A stretch of 64,000 nt of DNA, from NCBI RefSeq assembly GCF_964355755.1, contig NC_092676.1, positions 9,029,888-9,093,887 of the forward strand, written 5' to 3'. This DNA comes from Antedon mediterranea (Eukaryota; Animalia; Echinodermata). Under the pieces are notes generated by a model, which saw nothing but the letters and a program-made list of their open reading frames with translations, was not told where the DNA came from and did not search any database. The translations under genes were made by a program, and so were the position numbers. Shown in pieces: positions 23,954-37,860 of the stretch; position 1 is the stretch's first letter, and the number at the start of each line of letters is the position of its first letter.

Positions 23954-25783
23954 TGTCACATGTCGCCCTGCCAAACTAAACTTTATGAAAGGAGCTTTGC
24001 GTTGCGTGTGTAAACTCTCCAGAGTCAGGAGAGTTAGCCTGCTAAACTTTACATTGGAAGAATAGGGATGGAGCTTTGCGTCCGCAAACTCTCCAGAGTC
24101 ACGAGAGAGTTAGCCTGCTAAACTTTACATTGGGAGAATAGGAAATAGAGCTTTGCGTCCGCAAACTCTCCGGAGTCACGAGAGAGAGTTAGCCTGCTAA
24201 ACTTTACCGGAAGAAAGGCGATTGTTTCGCCTGAACGGTTTTCTATTCAAAGCATACAGGCAAGCATTGCACTGGTAGGTGGGGGGAAGACAACAGATAG
24301 AACAGCATTCGTGTTCTAAGATCTTGGCTCTTTAAGGAAATTAAATATACTTTTCTTACTTTCAAAATACGTTATATTTGATGGATTTTTACAAATCAAG
24401 GATAAATTTGTATGTTTTAAATACTTCTAAACACATTTATCTTGTTTAAAGTGATGAAATATGTTTCTGAAAAAAGTTAGGATATGCTGTAAAAACTTGT
24501 AGTAGGCCTACACATGTTATCAGGGATGGGTTCAACAGACTGTGAAAGTTCAGTAATAGTAGGTTCAACAATAGGTTCAATAATGGGTTCAATATTAGGT
24601 TCAATAATAGGAGTATCATTAGGTAAATCAATAATGGGACTTGGAAGAATCTCGGTATCTTCAAAACAAAGTTGAGAAACAGACACAGGCTCAGGGCAAG
24701 GTTGGAGGGATCATGGTGCGGAATCTAAACAAGATTGCGGGATGAGTAGAGGTTCAGAACAAGATTGCGGGATGAGTAGAGGTTCAGCACAAGCCACAGG
24801 AGAATCAAGAATAGTGACAGAAAGTTTAGGACTGGGTACAGATGATACTGGGGAGTCAACTACAGCTGGCTCTACATCTGTTGCAACTTCACTTGCTTCT
24901 TTAACATCAAACTCACAAAAACTGACGTGACTACAGACTCGATGCTCTCGTCAAAGAACGCATTTACAGGACTACTATCAGTGGAAACATTTCCAGCACT
25001 AATATGAGATATATAGCAGGAGTAGTTTCATGGACAAATTCTTGGGCATCTACATTCAGCGGAAAATGGGGTGAAATGGACGAAACTGTAAACGTTTCTA
25101 CAGGGAGTGTGACTGAGAAGTCTAATGAGACTAGCATTGTAACCTCCTTCTCACTGGATTCACCACTGTCATCATGCTCGCTCTCAGTGACATGAACTTT
25201 TGCCTTAGACCGCGTGTAATAGGGCGGTTTATCTTCTGTTTAGTAGGTTTTGCTGGTGGATCTTCTTTGTTTAAATAGTCGATGGGCAGAAGTATGTTTC
25301 GATGTAGTGTTCGTAGGCCTACTCGACCACTATTTGATTCTGGCTTCACACGGAGTCCCACTGGTCAGCGAGTTTGTGTTTACCCTGTAGTCCCAGATTT
25401 CGAATCAACACTCGATCACCTGGATGAAGATCATTGACTCGTACTTTCAAATCATGTCGAACTTTGTTCTTGCGTGCTGACTTCGCTGCCTCTTCAGATG
25501 CCATTTGATAGGCAAGCGATAGTTGGTCTCTCAGATCGTTGACGTACTTTATGGGGTCAGCGTTACCAAATCCATCTGGGCTAATTCCAAACCGTAAGTC
25601 AACAGGAAGTCTCGCCTCTCGTCCGAACATCAGAAAATAAGGTGAGAAACCTGTACTGTCATGCTTCATACAGTTGTAAGCATGAACCAAAGCACTGATA
25701 TAGCGACTCCAGCTTTCCTTCTTTTCGCCTTCGAGTGTATACCTAACATATTCATTAAAGTTCGATTAAAGCGTTCAGGTTGT
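23954..25783 (-). mobile_element. Gypsy integrase remnant, unit 2
   Basis: Copy of 2279-4350 with an extra frameshift near 25215, lacking a 238-bp segment. Confidence 0.85.
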
Positions 25784-27354
25784 GCTAGATTAAACTCACT
25801 CACTCTCTTAACTATCTTTTAACTTCCCAGAGACGAGAAGTGTTTACACGTACCTACTTGTTCATTCCTTGCAAGACATGCTTCCTGATGATGTCATCAT
25901 CATGTCAACCCAATCACGTGTGTCCTCCGCAAGTAAAAACGCACTTGATGAACTAGAAAAGGAAATAACTACAAAACTTAAAATTCTAACCGCTCACAAA
26001 TTTGATTACAAAGTGGAAAAAGTGAAAGATGATAAAGAAAAAAAAACAAAATCTGTAGAAGAGTGGAGGAAAGAGTTTAGACAAGACAAGAATATTTCTT
26101 ACAAAAAACGCTGCTTGCTTATTTTTATTGCTAAGGTCAAGTCTGGGGGGTCACTTCATCAAGCCTAGATACTTATCCTTTTACAAAAAAAAACTTCAAT
26201 GGACTGTTTTGATAATAATTCAATGATTATCTGACAGTGAATTATAGTACCCATGTAATATCATGGGACTCATAAATACCAGAAATGCTTTGGGATTTGT
26301 TATTAGACTCTTTTCCCAGCCGTTTTTTTGGATTCAATACCTATAAATTATAGTCGAGTTTCCATTTTAACAAAAATGTCAAAGTGTAGTATTATACTGC
26401 TGCTTGATTTCATCTAATGAATGAGTTATCTCGTATGACGTAGCGGGCTAGAGCAGCAGCGTGAAAAAACTTAAAGAAGTGGAATCTTAATAAAAGTGAT
26501 TGTTGCAAAAAGTGTTGTATAGAAATAGAAAGTGAAAAACATATGTTGTACACCTGTAACAGCATTCAATCAGATTTGAGGAAGTTCCGTAAACTGATCG
26601 GTTAAATGTATTCCGACTAATGAAACATTACGGTCAGGTTTCCCCGAGTGGTAAGACATAATTATAGGAACTCAGAACACGCTTGTTAATGAACTCATCT
26701 CTTTATTTACATTTAGTATTTACAAATCTTGCATTATTTATAAAACAAGCAAACGGATTATCACTTGGAATTTATTTAAGATAGAACTATTTAAAAAAAT
26801 TTAATTAATAAAAGCAATATTATGTTCAAAATGTAAAACTATACAATTTTATAAAAGTACCCAAACAAAACATAATCTTATAATGCAATATACCATTTTA
26901 TCATATTTATTTATATTATATCGAAACTCTTTTTAATACTGAATATCAATCTTTATATCGTTTTAGCTCTGTAATATAAATTTTCTCTGTATACATGTTT
27001 GTTTTATCTAGACTTCAACACAATTTCAAAATATTTTACATAATCTTCCTCTGTCTGCGTAATATCACTTAAATATTCATTGATAAATAGATAGATAGAC
27101 AGACATATATACTGTAACCTTCACCATATTGTTGTTTATCATTGCAATAAAAGTGGGTTGCCCCCACAAAAGAGAAAAAAAATATATATTGCTGAAATTA
27201 AGCCTCAATAAATAATATTGTTGAGAAGAGGAACACATTTATACAGTATATAATTATATCCCATTTTCATGCATAAAGCAATAGTATCTGCCTCTGAAGC
27301 ACCACCAACAAGATATTATTTTTTTAAAATATATCCCATGTATAAGCAATATTA

Positions 27355-30300
27355 TTATCTATCTGCCTCCGACGTCTCCAAGCACCATGAACAAGCATTT
27401 TGGAACATCTTCATCCACGGTGACGCTTGTAATGTCTCCCGCCAATCTTGCGGCATCCATGGCCATTGCCACGTCAAAGTTGTACGCTCTGGATGAGGCA
27501 TGATCGCCAGATGACGGCCATCTGCGGAGCAAATTGCCGCTACGCCATTGGGTGAGCCATTGGGGTTCAACGGGTATTCAGTTGTCACTTCTCCTTTGTC
27601 ATCGACAAAGCGCACTGGTGCAAGATTTTCAGACAGAACTGTGTCTTTTGTTTCTTTGTTAGAAAACTTCATGTGCCCTAGAGAGAAACAATTTGAGTTG
27701 AGTAAATTTAATAACATTTTTAGTTAAATTAAAATATAAGTTTGTACTAAGCATCCATCATTATCAAGAGGTATCAATATCTAACCTTCTCCATGCTGTG
27801 TCCAGACACCAAGCACAGAGCCTTCCATTCCTTTCAGCATTAAAGCAGGGCTTTCATTAATCTTTACAGCAACAAAACGAGACTCAAAACGCTCGGAAAG
27901 ATTATGAGCAAGATGGACTCCTTGCTGAGCTGATGCTGCGTCTAAAAGACAATAACAAATAATTCATAATAAACAGTCTGTCAACAAATGGATATCAAAA
28001 AGTAGTTCATATTTTCTTTTTACTTGTCAAAGAGGCATTACATGCTTTACACCGGTGTCCTACTACCACTACACTACTTACTAAATATACCTCATGATAC
28101 CTTACCTGTAGTAAGCTCCTTGGTGACATCTGGAGCAACCCAGCCTAGCAGGCCCATTAGTTGGCAGCCATTGCATACACCCAGTGAGAAAGTGTCTTTC
28201 CTTGCTCTAAATGCATCAAACTGAGCACGCACAGCTGGGTTGAACAAAATAGTTGCTGCCCAACCTAAAATGATTAATAAACATTATTTAAATAAACTAG
28301 AATAAATATTTATTTAGGTTACTATCTGTCTAATACTAGTATAATACTTGGTTACTGCTCCCGCATGTATTTTTGCTATGCTACAAAAAGTGCAATCAGA
28401 AAAGTATACCTTTTGCAGAACCACAAACGTCTGCAAAACTGAAGCCACCAACAAAAACTACTCCACGGAATTGATCGAGGGTGACTTTCCCGCAAGCTAA
28501 ATCTTGCATATTGACGTCCCATGTTTCAAAGCCAGCCATGTGTAGTGTTGAACTCATCTCTCGATCTCCATTACTGCCTTCCTCACGGATCACAGCAACC
28601 TTTGGTTTCATTCCATCTATGGAAGGCCAATTATGATTATGTATATGGTAACTAATGAGCCAAATTTAACTCGTATTACTTTAACAAATTAAAATTCAGA
28701 ACAAGATAATCAATATTCCAAAATTGGTTCTAACCTTTAGAGCATCCCTTTTTAACAGAATTCAAATTTGTTGCAACAGGGTCAAAGGTTAATTTAAATG
28801 GTGGTGCTGTTCTATTTGCTAAATTGCGTTGCTCCACTTCAACACACTCTGGATTTGCTTGTAGTTTTTCCAGTTGAAAACTAGTCTCTTCCCACACGTC
28901 TCTAAGAACAGTCATCTTTTCATTCAAGACTTCTTTCTCATTTACCGAGATGACAACCTATAATTTACATGTAAAATATTCAGATTCATTCTAAAAACCA
29001 TCATAAATGATAAATGATCGTAAATAAATGTTCAAATATTGCTTCCATTTAAAAAAAACAAAAACTTACCATTGACCCTTGACCTGATCCACTAGAGTGA
29101 CCAATTAGAGAACAAAGGACATTATTGTCACTGAACTGTCTACAAATGTCCTCACTAGCATTAGCTGTTACTTCTAACACCAGCCCTACTTCTTCAGCAA
29201 ACAGAATATCAATTGCAGTTACTGAAAATAAATATATAAAGTCTTACAATGTATTATTGCTTACCAGAGGTTCTGGAACTATATGAAAGATTAAAATGAC
29301 ACTTTACAGATCCATTCGAGGCATTTATAGAGATAGCATAATGCTTACCATCAGGTTCGGAAAGTTTGACGTCAATACCACAATTCCCAGAAAACGCCAT
29401 TTCTAATAATGTTGTTACAATACCGCCATCACTAATATCATGACCAGCTGATATTTTTCTATCTACAAAAGGATACAAAAGACAAAGTTGAATTCATATC
29501 TCTAAAGCTCTGTCTACACTATCAAACTTTATGTGATGTGATATGTCCATATATGGACATGATATCATATCACTACCATTTTTGGGAATTTCACTACCCT
29601 ATTTAGGCGCATCACATTTTTTTGTCAAACTAGTTTGATAGTGTAGACAGCGCTTTATATTATAACTACAAGTAAATGAATTTATTGTAAACGTCTAATT
29701 AATAAGTCTATGAAAATGACTACCTTTGATAAGATTTTGCGTTGTGTTGAAAGCCCTTACAAACGTTTCCGGTTCATCGAGATCAGGCGAGGATTGTCCG
29801 AGTTGATTATAGCACTGAGCGAGGGCACTACCACCTAACCGGTTATGCCTTTTACCAAATGAAACCCAGAGCAAAGTCCCTGAAATAGAATATGTAAAGT
29901 CTTGTTTATAAATATATTATATTTTTTGTTTGTTTAGGTAGTTAATTTAATTGTACCTAACAAAATGTGCAATGTTATATTCACTTTACCTTTACTGTCT
30001 GGACATTTAAGGTCAGGGGTCACAGTTGCAGTAATATCTGGGCATGCCACATACACAGACACAACCAATGCACCTAAAAAATTGTAATTGATATTTCATT
30101 ATTAGTAAGTAAATGGAGTAAAGAAGTGTATTAGTGTATTCAAGCTTAACTTATTAAAATAATTCACAATATTGTACATCAGACTCTATACTAGTTATTA
30201 ACAAGCATGAAATGTCTAACCTGGAGCTTTGATCGTTTCAGAGCCTATCCTGGCAGCCATACTCAAAGAGTCCTTCCCACCATCCACAGCAACACCCAAC

Positions 30301-33300
30301 TTGCCCATCACCTCGCACATAGCCTCGCATGCATCATACAATGCAGCACCCTCACCAGGAAGCTTCGCTGGCCACATCCAGTTACCGCTACATTTGACAT
30401 CTTTAAGATCGGAGACCCTAGCAAACACAAGATTGGTAAGGGCTTCTCCTACAGACATCCTGGCACCACAGCCAGGATCGACTAACCCTTTAATAGGCTG
30501 CTCTCCAATGGCTGTAGCTGAGCCTACAGTTTCAAAGTGGGAGAGTGCGATAACAGCAACATCAGCGAGTGGTGTGTGCAGGGGGCCTACACATTGCTGC
30601 TGGGCTATCAGGCCCGTGACAGCACGATCAACCTAACAGAAACAATATATCCTGGTTATACACTTTCCATATTCCTTCACACAAATAAATTATGCAATAT
30701 TAAAGATAAACAGATCTTTACCTTATTAGTCAAAAATCTTTTACTGGCTACTGAAGGTAGACGCAGAACACGGTCGAGTGCACATCGGACAGTCAACCCA
30801 TCAGGTAGTGTTAACTGCTTAAGTTTTGGTTTACATCGATCATACTTGAAAACCTGAGAGAAAAAAAAATATAATTCTATATAATTTTACAGACAGAAAG
30901 AGACACTATTATTATAACACATAATTATTTTCAATGGTTATTTATGATGAAATCTGTGAGATTGAGAAAAGGTGACCTCAGCTGAGATTTGAACCTGGAA
31001 TCTTCTGCTTGATATGCAGACATACTACCATTACACCACTGATGCATTCATGGTATGGTTCAAACTTATTACCGACACTACTCTACTATCAAGTCTCCAT
31101 CATACCTTTTGCGGCATCTTCCCAAGAACCCATTCAAGTTGGAGATCAACTGGATAAGTAAGTGCTGTTCTTTTTATGCTTGGAGGTTCTGCATCACCCT
31201 TACCAGCTTCCACTTTCTTTTCCACCTCAAGACGAATCTGAAACAAAACAAAATATTTTTGTATTGCAAAACTCTTATGCACTCTATCTGTGCATGAAAA
31301 GGCATTCTTCAAAATTAGTAACACTGTAGTATTTAAATGCGTTTTTTCATACTTATCCCACAGTAAGCACAAACTTGCCAATTACAGGATGGATAAAATA
31401 TTTTATAGTTTATCGTGCTTATAAACTAAGTTTTATTTCAGGCTTAGGGAGTGAAGTTGAAAGAGTCGTGAGTTACAACCCTTGACCTTGATTGAACCCT
31501 TGACCTTGGAATTGGAAGGCAAGCATGTTAAACCACCAAGCAACAGCTCCACTAAAAAAATTTAGAATAAAGTAGGTAAAAAAAATCATCCAAATATTAC
31601 CTTCCCATCACCTGTAATGTCACCAACAAAAACAGCTGGACATTTCTCTCTGTCACAAATATCTTGAAGTTTTTCTTGATCCTCAGATCGTATTAGTATG
31701 GCATTGGACTCCTGGTATTCTGCACCCCATAGTTCTAAGGTGTTGATGGTTGGATCACCTAGTTGGAATTCCTTAGCTTTTATTAGAGCACCTGCAGGTT
31801 CACATATCTCCTTTAAAACATTACCTGTACACAAAAAAATGATTTAATTGGTCAGATGTTAGCCATAGTTTGACATAAAAATAAGTACATTTGTCTGACA
31901 AAGTGTCCCCTTAATAGGGATGTCCCAAATGAGGGGTGCTACTGTACTTAGTAAAATAATAAAAATAAGCACATTGCATGCAAACTCACCATTGCCTCCA
32001 GCTCCTTGATCATGTATACTACATATAGGGTTTGTATCAACCATCTCAATGCACGCCCTTATAACTCGGTTTAGTTTCTGTTCCATCTCCGCATCACCGC
32101 GCTGCACGGCTTCGAAGTCCAGTTTTTCTGTATTGTCACCTTGAACTTGAATGGAAGATGCAGCGCCCCCACCGACTCCGATGCGATAGATTGGTCCACC
32201 AAGTTTTACAATTTTCATTCCTGCATGGTAAAAAATTATTCATCAGTCAATAATTAGTTTTCAATGGAGAAATAAAAACAAAATATTTTATCAGGTTACT
32301 ATAATATTATTTTATATGACAGACATATAATATCTATGTGGAGACAACAATAATAAGAAGTACAGTATTTTTTATGGTGTTGTATTTAGTTTGTTTAACA
32401 AACCTTTTTCTGCTTCGTCTTTAGTCGCATGCATACTCTCAAGCATCCCAATACCCCCGCTGAACATAATGGGCTTGACCCACTCTCTTCTGTCGCTCTC
32501 AGTAAGCATCATGCCAAATGAACGAGAGAAACCGGTTAGAACGGGTTCACCAAACTTGTTGCCGTAGTCAGATGCACCGTTGCTGGCCTCTACAGCAACC
32601 GACAGAGCAGGCGCCATGTTGCTAGGATAAACCATATTTTTGTCCTCCCATGGAAGGTCATACCCTGTTTAAACAAATGTTCAATCAATGATAATAAATA
32701 ATTAATTACACTGAATATATAACATTTATAAAAAGCAAAATTATGTAATTAAGCAAGCAATTATGCCTGTTCACTGCATGCGTTACTTAATATCTTTCAT
32801 CCCATACTCTATTTATACATATAAGTGCCAGTAAATGAATATCTTTTAATTGTTGTTACTTTGCAAATCTTTGATAAGGTTTATCCTTTATATTTGTATA
32901 TTTGTTATGTTTTATTTTCTGTTATATTTGTATTTATTTTGATTTTTGAGCGAGTAAAGTCTGACATCAATTTTCATAAGGACTACAAAATCTAATTTTT
33001 AGATTTATATAATTTACCTGGAATGTTCAAATTTCCAAAACAGTAGCCTGCAGTGCCAGCCACTACATGTGCCCCCTTCCCTGCAGCCTGAACATCACGT
33101 ATCCTACCCCCAGTACCAGTTGTAGCCCCTGGGAAAGGTGCAACCCCAGTTGGAAAGTTATGGGTCTCTGCTGTGAAGATGATATGCCTGAGTGGTTCAG
33201 ATTCCTCCATCACACTTGCTGACCCGGGATTGGCTGGTTTGAGAACTTTGACCTTATGGCCTTTGATTGCACTGAAAATCAAGTAAAGTCATCAAAGTGA

Positions 33301-36090
33301 GAAAAAACAGTATAGGTTCATTGACAACATTTAAAGCTCTGTCTGTCCCCAAATATGGTAGTGATATGACATCATCATATCCATATATGGGCACATCACA
33401 TTTTTTTACATAAAAGTTGATAGTGTAGACAGAGCTTTAGGCAATACTTTGTGGTTCAACAAAATGTGAATAAATATCATTTACGATGGAAATTATGCCT
33501 GTAGTATTTTATGGGCTATTTCATGACACCCTCTAGAACTAATAATTTCAGGTATAATGCCTAATTCTGTCCAGCACAACAAGATTTATACAAGAGTCAT
33601 AGACACCATTCCAGTGAACTATATCGTGATTCGATTCGGAAAATATGGATATAAATATAAAAGCCACGTAAAATGTTAAGATACCTGCTGTTATCCGAGA
33701 ATTTAATGACGTTGTTATCATTGCTGGTAGCTTGCGTTGACATCACCATCTTGAATAAAGAATGATCTTTTTCTTCTCCATCGATTACCATCTTACCCTT
33801 AAAAAACCAATGACGACTATGCTCACTAGAAAGAAGACAGAAAGCAAGAAAAAACCATTTGTGGGAATATTTTCAGGAATTTCTAAATACAGTAATGAAA
33901 GCTGAGAAATGTTGCATAGATGAAAAGAATTTAAGTAAAGAATGGTCTATGTCTTAGGATTATCCATGGTTACAAATACTATTTTACTTTATTTTAGGCT
34001 AGAAGGCAAATAGACAATGCCACAATTGTTTTTCACCTGTTTTTTTTTTCAGGTATATATTGAGGCAGATGGTATCTTTGTTCTTTTTGACTGTTTTACT
34101 TCATTTACTTTATTTTTACCTCATTTTGATTTAGCTATTTAGCATATTCTATTTATATCTCTATCCAATCACTGATAAACTCACAGCATTGCAATATTGT
34201 ATTTTCAATAATTTAGGTTTGTATTAAATAAAGATATTACTTTTACAAGACAGTAAAGAATGTAAATAAATATTCATGACCATCATTCACAGATGGTAAA
34301 ACTTCATGCGACTAAAACTAAAGTGCTTTGTACCTGTTAGACTGAGCCAAGTCAAAGAGTTCAACACTTGTTGGATTCCGTTTAACCTTTTCAATAAACA
34401 TGTTGGTGTAAAAGTCTATGTCCCACGTATCAAAGGCAAGTCCTGCAGTAAGAATAATACAAAATGTTTATAATGCAATATTAATAATAGAAATCTTCAT
34501 CAACCATTTATTGGTCATGATAAGCTTTGGTTTATAAATTCAATAACAATGAATTCTTAAATGAACAATGTATCCACAGACCGATTAAATAATTACTGTA
34601 CAGTAATATTAACTGGTTACTAGAACACACTTAAAAGAATATGAAATCATGTTGGATGTTAAGCTAAATGTAATGTTAAAGACCTATTCCCTACAATTTT
34701 TGCCTTGTCTTTTCTGTTTTATGGTAAATTATGATAAAAAGAAAGAAACAATACACATGCACAATGCATGTTATGATTTATAGAAAGTCTCTAAATGATT
34801 AGAATCAATTTATTTTTCAAATTTTTAACAGTTTTAAAGACGAAAAAGTTATCGCATACATATTTATTTTTACATTAAATGTAGTTTGTGACCTATAATT
34901 AGATCTAAAAACGTAGGAAATGGGACTTTAATCATAATATAATGATATACAGTATCAACACAAAGTTACCTATATTAATTTTAAAGTTAAGTTAATAATA
35001 GAAAAAACTGAAATAGAATTAAAAAACACAGGAGTTTAACACAGTTCAAAGTTCATCTATACTTGGGGAACATGATTGAGAGTACTACAATCACCTAATT
35101 CTTTGTTTGCCTTTTCCAGAGCAACTTTCCCTTCACCTATAACATCAATTTCAAAGACTTCTTCTGGTTTAGCTTTAATTTCAAAGCTGCTGATTGGTTC
35201 GTGGTAGTGACATTCCGTCATACGATCGTGAAGTACGGCTACCAGTAGCTTCTCTTCCTCGGGGCTGATAGACGCAGCAATGCCATGATCGTCGGCTACG
35301 TTTATAAGATAGCGAATAGAACGCTCAATACGAGTCACATGGTTGATTCCAGCCGATTGGCAGATTGAGACAGCATTTGTTGACCAGGCCGTAGAGAAGT
35401 TCAACCTGTGTGTATAAAAATTAAACTTATTATATCATATACAGTAGATAGTGTAATGTAATGCCCATGATATTAAATATACAGTCAACATATTCTGCCA
35501 TGCATGTTTATGCCCACCTTTCTTAATTTATGCCTATTACCTTGTTGAACAACAAAAATTATGACTTTTACTTTTTCAGATATTACCTACCGAATAACAA
35601 AACATACAGTATTATTTATTAATACTTATTCTCAACTGAAACCGACACTAACACTGTACGACTAGACAAGAAGGGTAATTTGTTAATTAAAAAACATTTT
35701 CTGACCTAGGCCCAATTTCAATCAGAAGTCCATCAGGTTCTTGATCATCTTCAACTATGATTGACTTGGTCAGCAGGCTAAATTCTTCAAAAGGGGTACC
35801 TAAGATCCATTGTATTTTCTTCTGTTCTTCACCACTGAGGCAATCTATGAAAATAATACACAGTTTAATTGACATTTTCAAAATAATATTAGTTTGGCAA
35901 AACAATTTATTAAAATTTAAATTAGAAAGGAAGAGTACCTACCTCCGTTTACTTCCACATTAAAACAAATTTCCGTTTTTAAATCTTGCAATTTAGAATT
36001 TTCCAACTGCTTTGCTAATTTCTTCCACAAAACATTTGAAGCCCCTGGGAGTAATGCCGGACTTTTATAAAACCGAGTAATGATAGTCAT
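27355..36090 (-). CDS. PFAS: Phosphoribosylformylglycinamidine synthase (FGAMS/PurL), copy 2, intact, 21 coding exons, 1355 aa
   Basis: Exons with GT-AG boundaries and consistent phases: 36090-35943, 35844-35706, 35405-35095, 34442-34334, 33825-33685, 33271-33018, 32664-32404, 32220-31990, 31824-31601, 31237-31106, 30853-30722, 30632-30221, 30073-29990, 29879-29724, 29462-29349, 29221-29070, 28957-28735, 28616-28410, 28264-28106, 27941-27786, 27677-27355; total 4068 nt. Motifs: [73 protein letters not shown], glutaminase LGVCNGCQ and MPHPER. Confidence 0.96.
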
Positions 36091-37054
36091 ATTCTTTAAA
36101 AAAATAAATTATTAAATATTAGATCTATATTATTTTATATATTATTATTTATTATTATTGATGTTTACACTAAAAAAGTATAACTATAAAGTATATGACT
36201 TATAATAATAATAATAATAAGCTTTATTTAATCACGGATACTTAACTTCAACTGAAAGTTGTTTTTCAGTAAGACCGTGTTTAAAGGAAAACACCAACAA
36301 AAATAAATGTAAAAAGACCTTAATTACTATCAAAAGAGAAAAAAAAAAAAAAAAACAATTACAATGAAATAAAATGAAACAAGGGTACACTTACTAACTA
36401 TAAAATTAAATAATACACTACAGTACATTTAAATAAAGCTACATGAAATTAGCAGTTAACAGTTTCTTAAAAAGAGAGACAGTGTTCACATTTTTAATAT
36501 CTTCATTTAGCTCATTCCAAACAATTACAATGAAATAAAATAAAACAAGCGTACACTTACTAACTATAAAATTAAATAATACACTACATTTAAATAAAGC
36601 TACATGAAATTAGCAGTTAACAGTTTCTTAAAAAGAGAGACACTGTTCACATTTTTAATATCTTCATTTAGCTCATTCCTAACCTTGGCACCTCTATATG
36701 ATAAGCTACGTTTTTGGTTTTGGTACTATTAAATTTGGCTTAGTTCTAATATTATAGTAATTGTTTTTGATATTGAATTTATTTTTATTAAATATGGAGG
36801 TGCAAGGTTGTTCATAATCTTAAACATAACAATAGCTTCATTTACATATAATATTTCATCTAAGTTCATCCAATTTAGACTTTGTAGAGCTTGAGTACTA
36901 GAGTGATCTGTAATTCGCGTAGCTTCAGAGTCGATGTGGCAAGGTTAGATGGTGGTTGTTGTACGGTATCACCAAGCACATCAAACGTGTTACTTGAGAT
37001 TGTGCTAATGCCATTTTATTTACAGTATAGAATAGGTTTAGATACAAACTTTTT

Positions 37055-37605
37055 GGGTATTGCTTTTTTTGTTGTTTGCGCTGTGAAATCAATAATTTTC
37101 CCAAAAATTGAAGTTTTTCACCCAAAAAAAAGGAAACTTAAAGGAATTTCAAATTTGTTTTCCCATAAATTGTCTCCTTATATAGTTCTAGTTGTTATCT
37201 AATCAATATTAATTGATTTAAAGGAGGTTTGCGCAGCTTTTTTTTTAGGTTTGCGCTGTGAAATCAGTAATTTTCCCAAAAATTGAAGTTTTTTACCCAA
37301 AAAAAGGCAAACTTAAAGGAATTTTAAATTTTTTCCCCATAAATTGTCTCCCTATATAGGTCTAGTTGTGTTTTAATCAATATTAATTGATTTAAAGGAG
37401 GTTTGCGCAGCTTTTTTTGGAGGTTTGCGCTGTGAAATCAGTAATTTTCCCAAAAATTGAAGTTTTTCACCCAAAAAAAGTCAAACTTAAAGGAATTTTA
37501 TATTTTTTCCTCATAAATTGTCTCCCTATACAGGTCTAGTTGTGTTTTAATCAATATTAATTTTTTTGTTGTTTGCGCAGTGTTTGCGCAGTTTAGCAAT
37601 TACCC
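37055..37605. mobile_element. Same foldback element, left arm deleted
   Basis: gggtattgct joins directly to right-arm subrepeats; same TSD. Confidence 0.9.
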
Positions 37606-37860
37606 AACTTTTTAGGTAGTTCAAATCCAGGTTCACTTGCAATATTCTGTAAACTAAGAATTTGTTGCTCAAGAGACCAGTTTCTTTCACTCATTTCTTT
37701 AAAAGCTTTACTAAGGTGAACAAAATTTGAATGGATTTCTTGAATTAGTGTAGCTGTTGTTTTAATTCAGAAACTTTCTCATCAGTTTGCTTTATTTTCA
37801 GCTTTAGTGATGGGATCTGGTCCCATTATTTAGGTGTTTGAGTTGAACAATCAATTGCTT

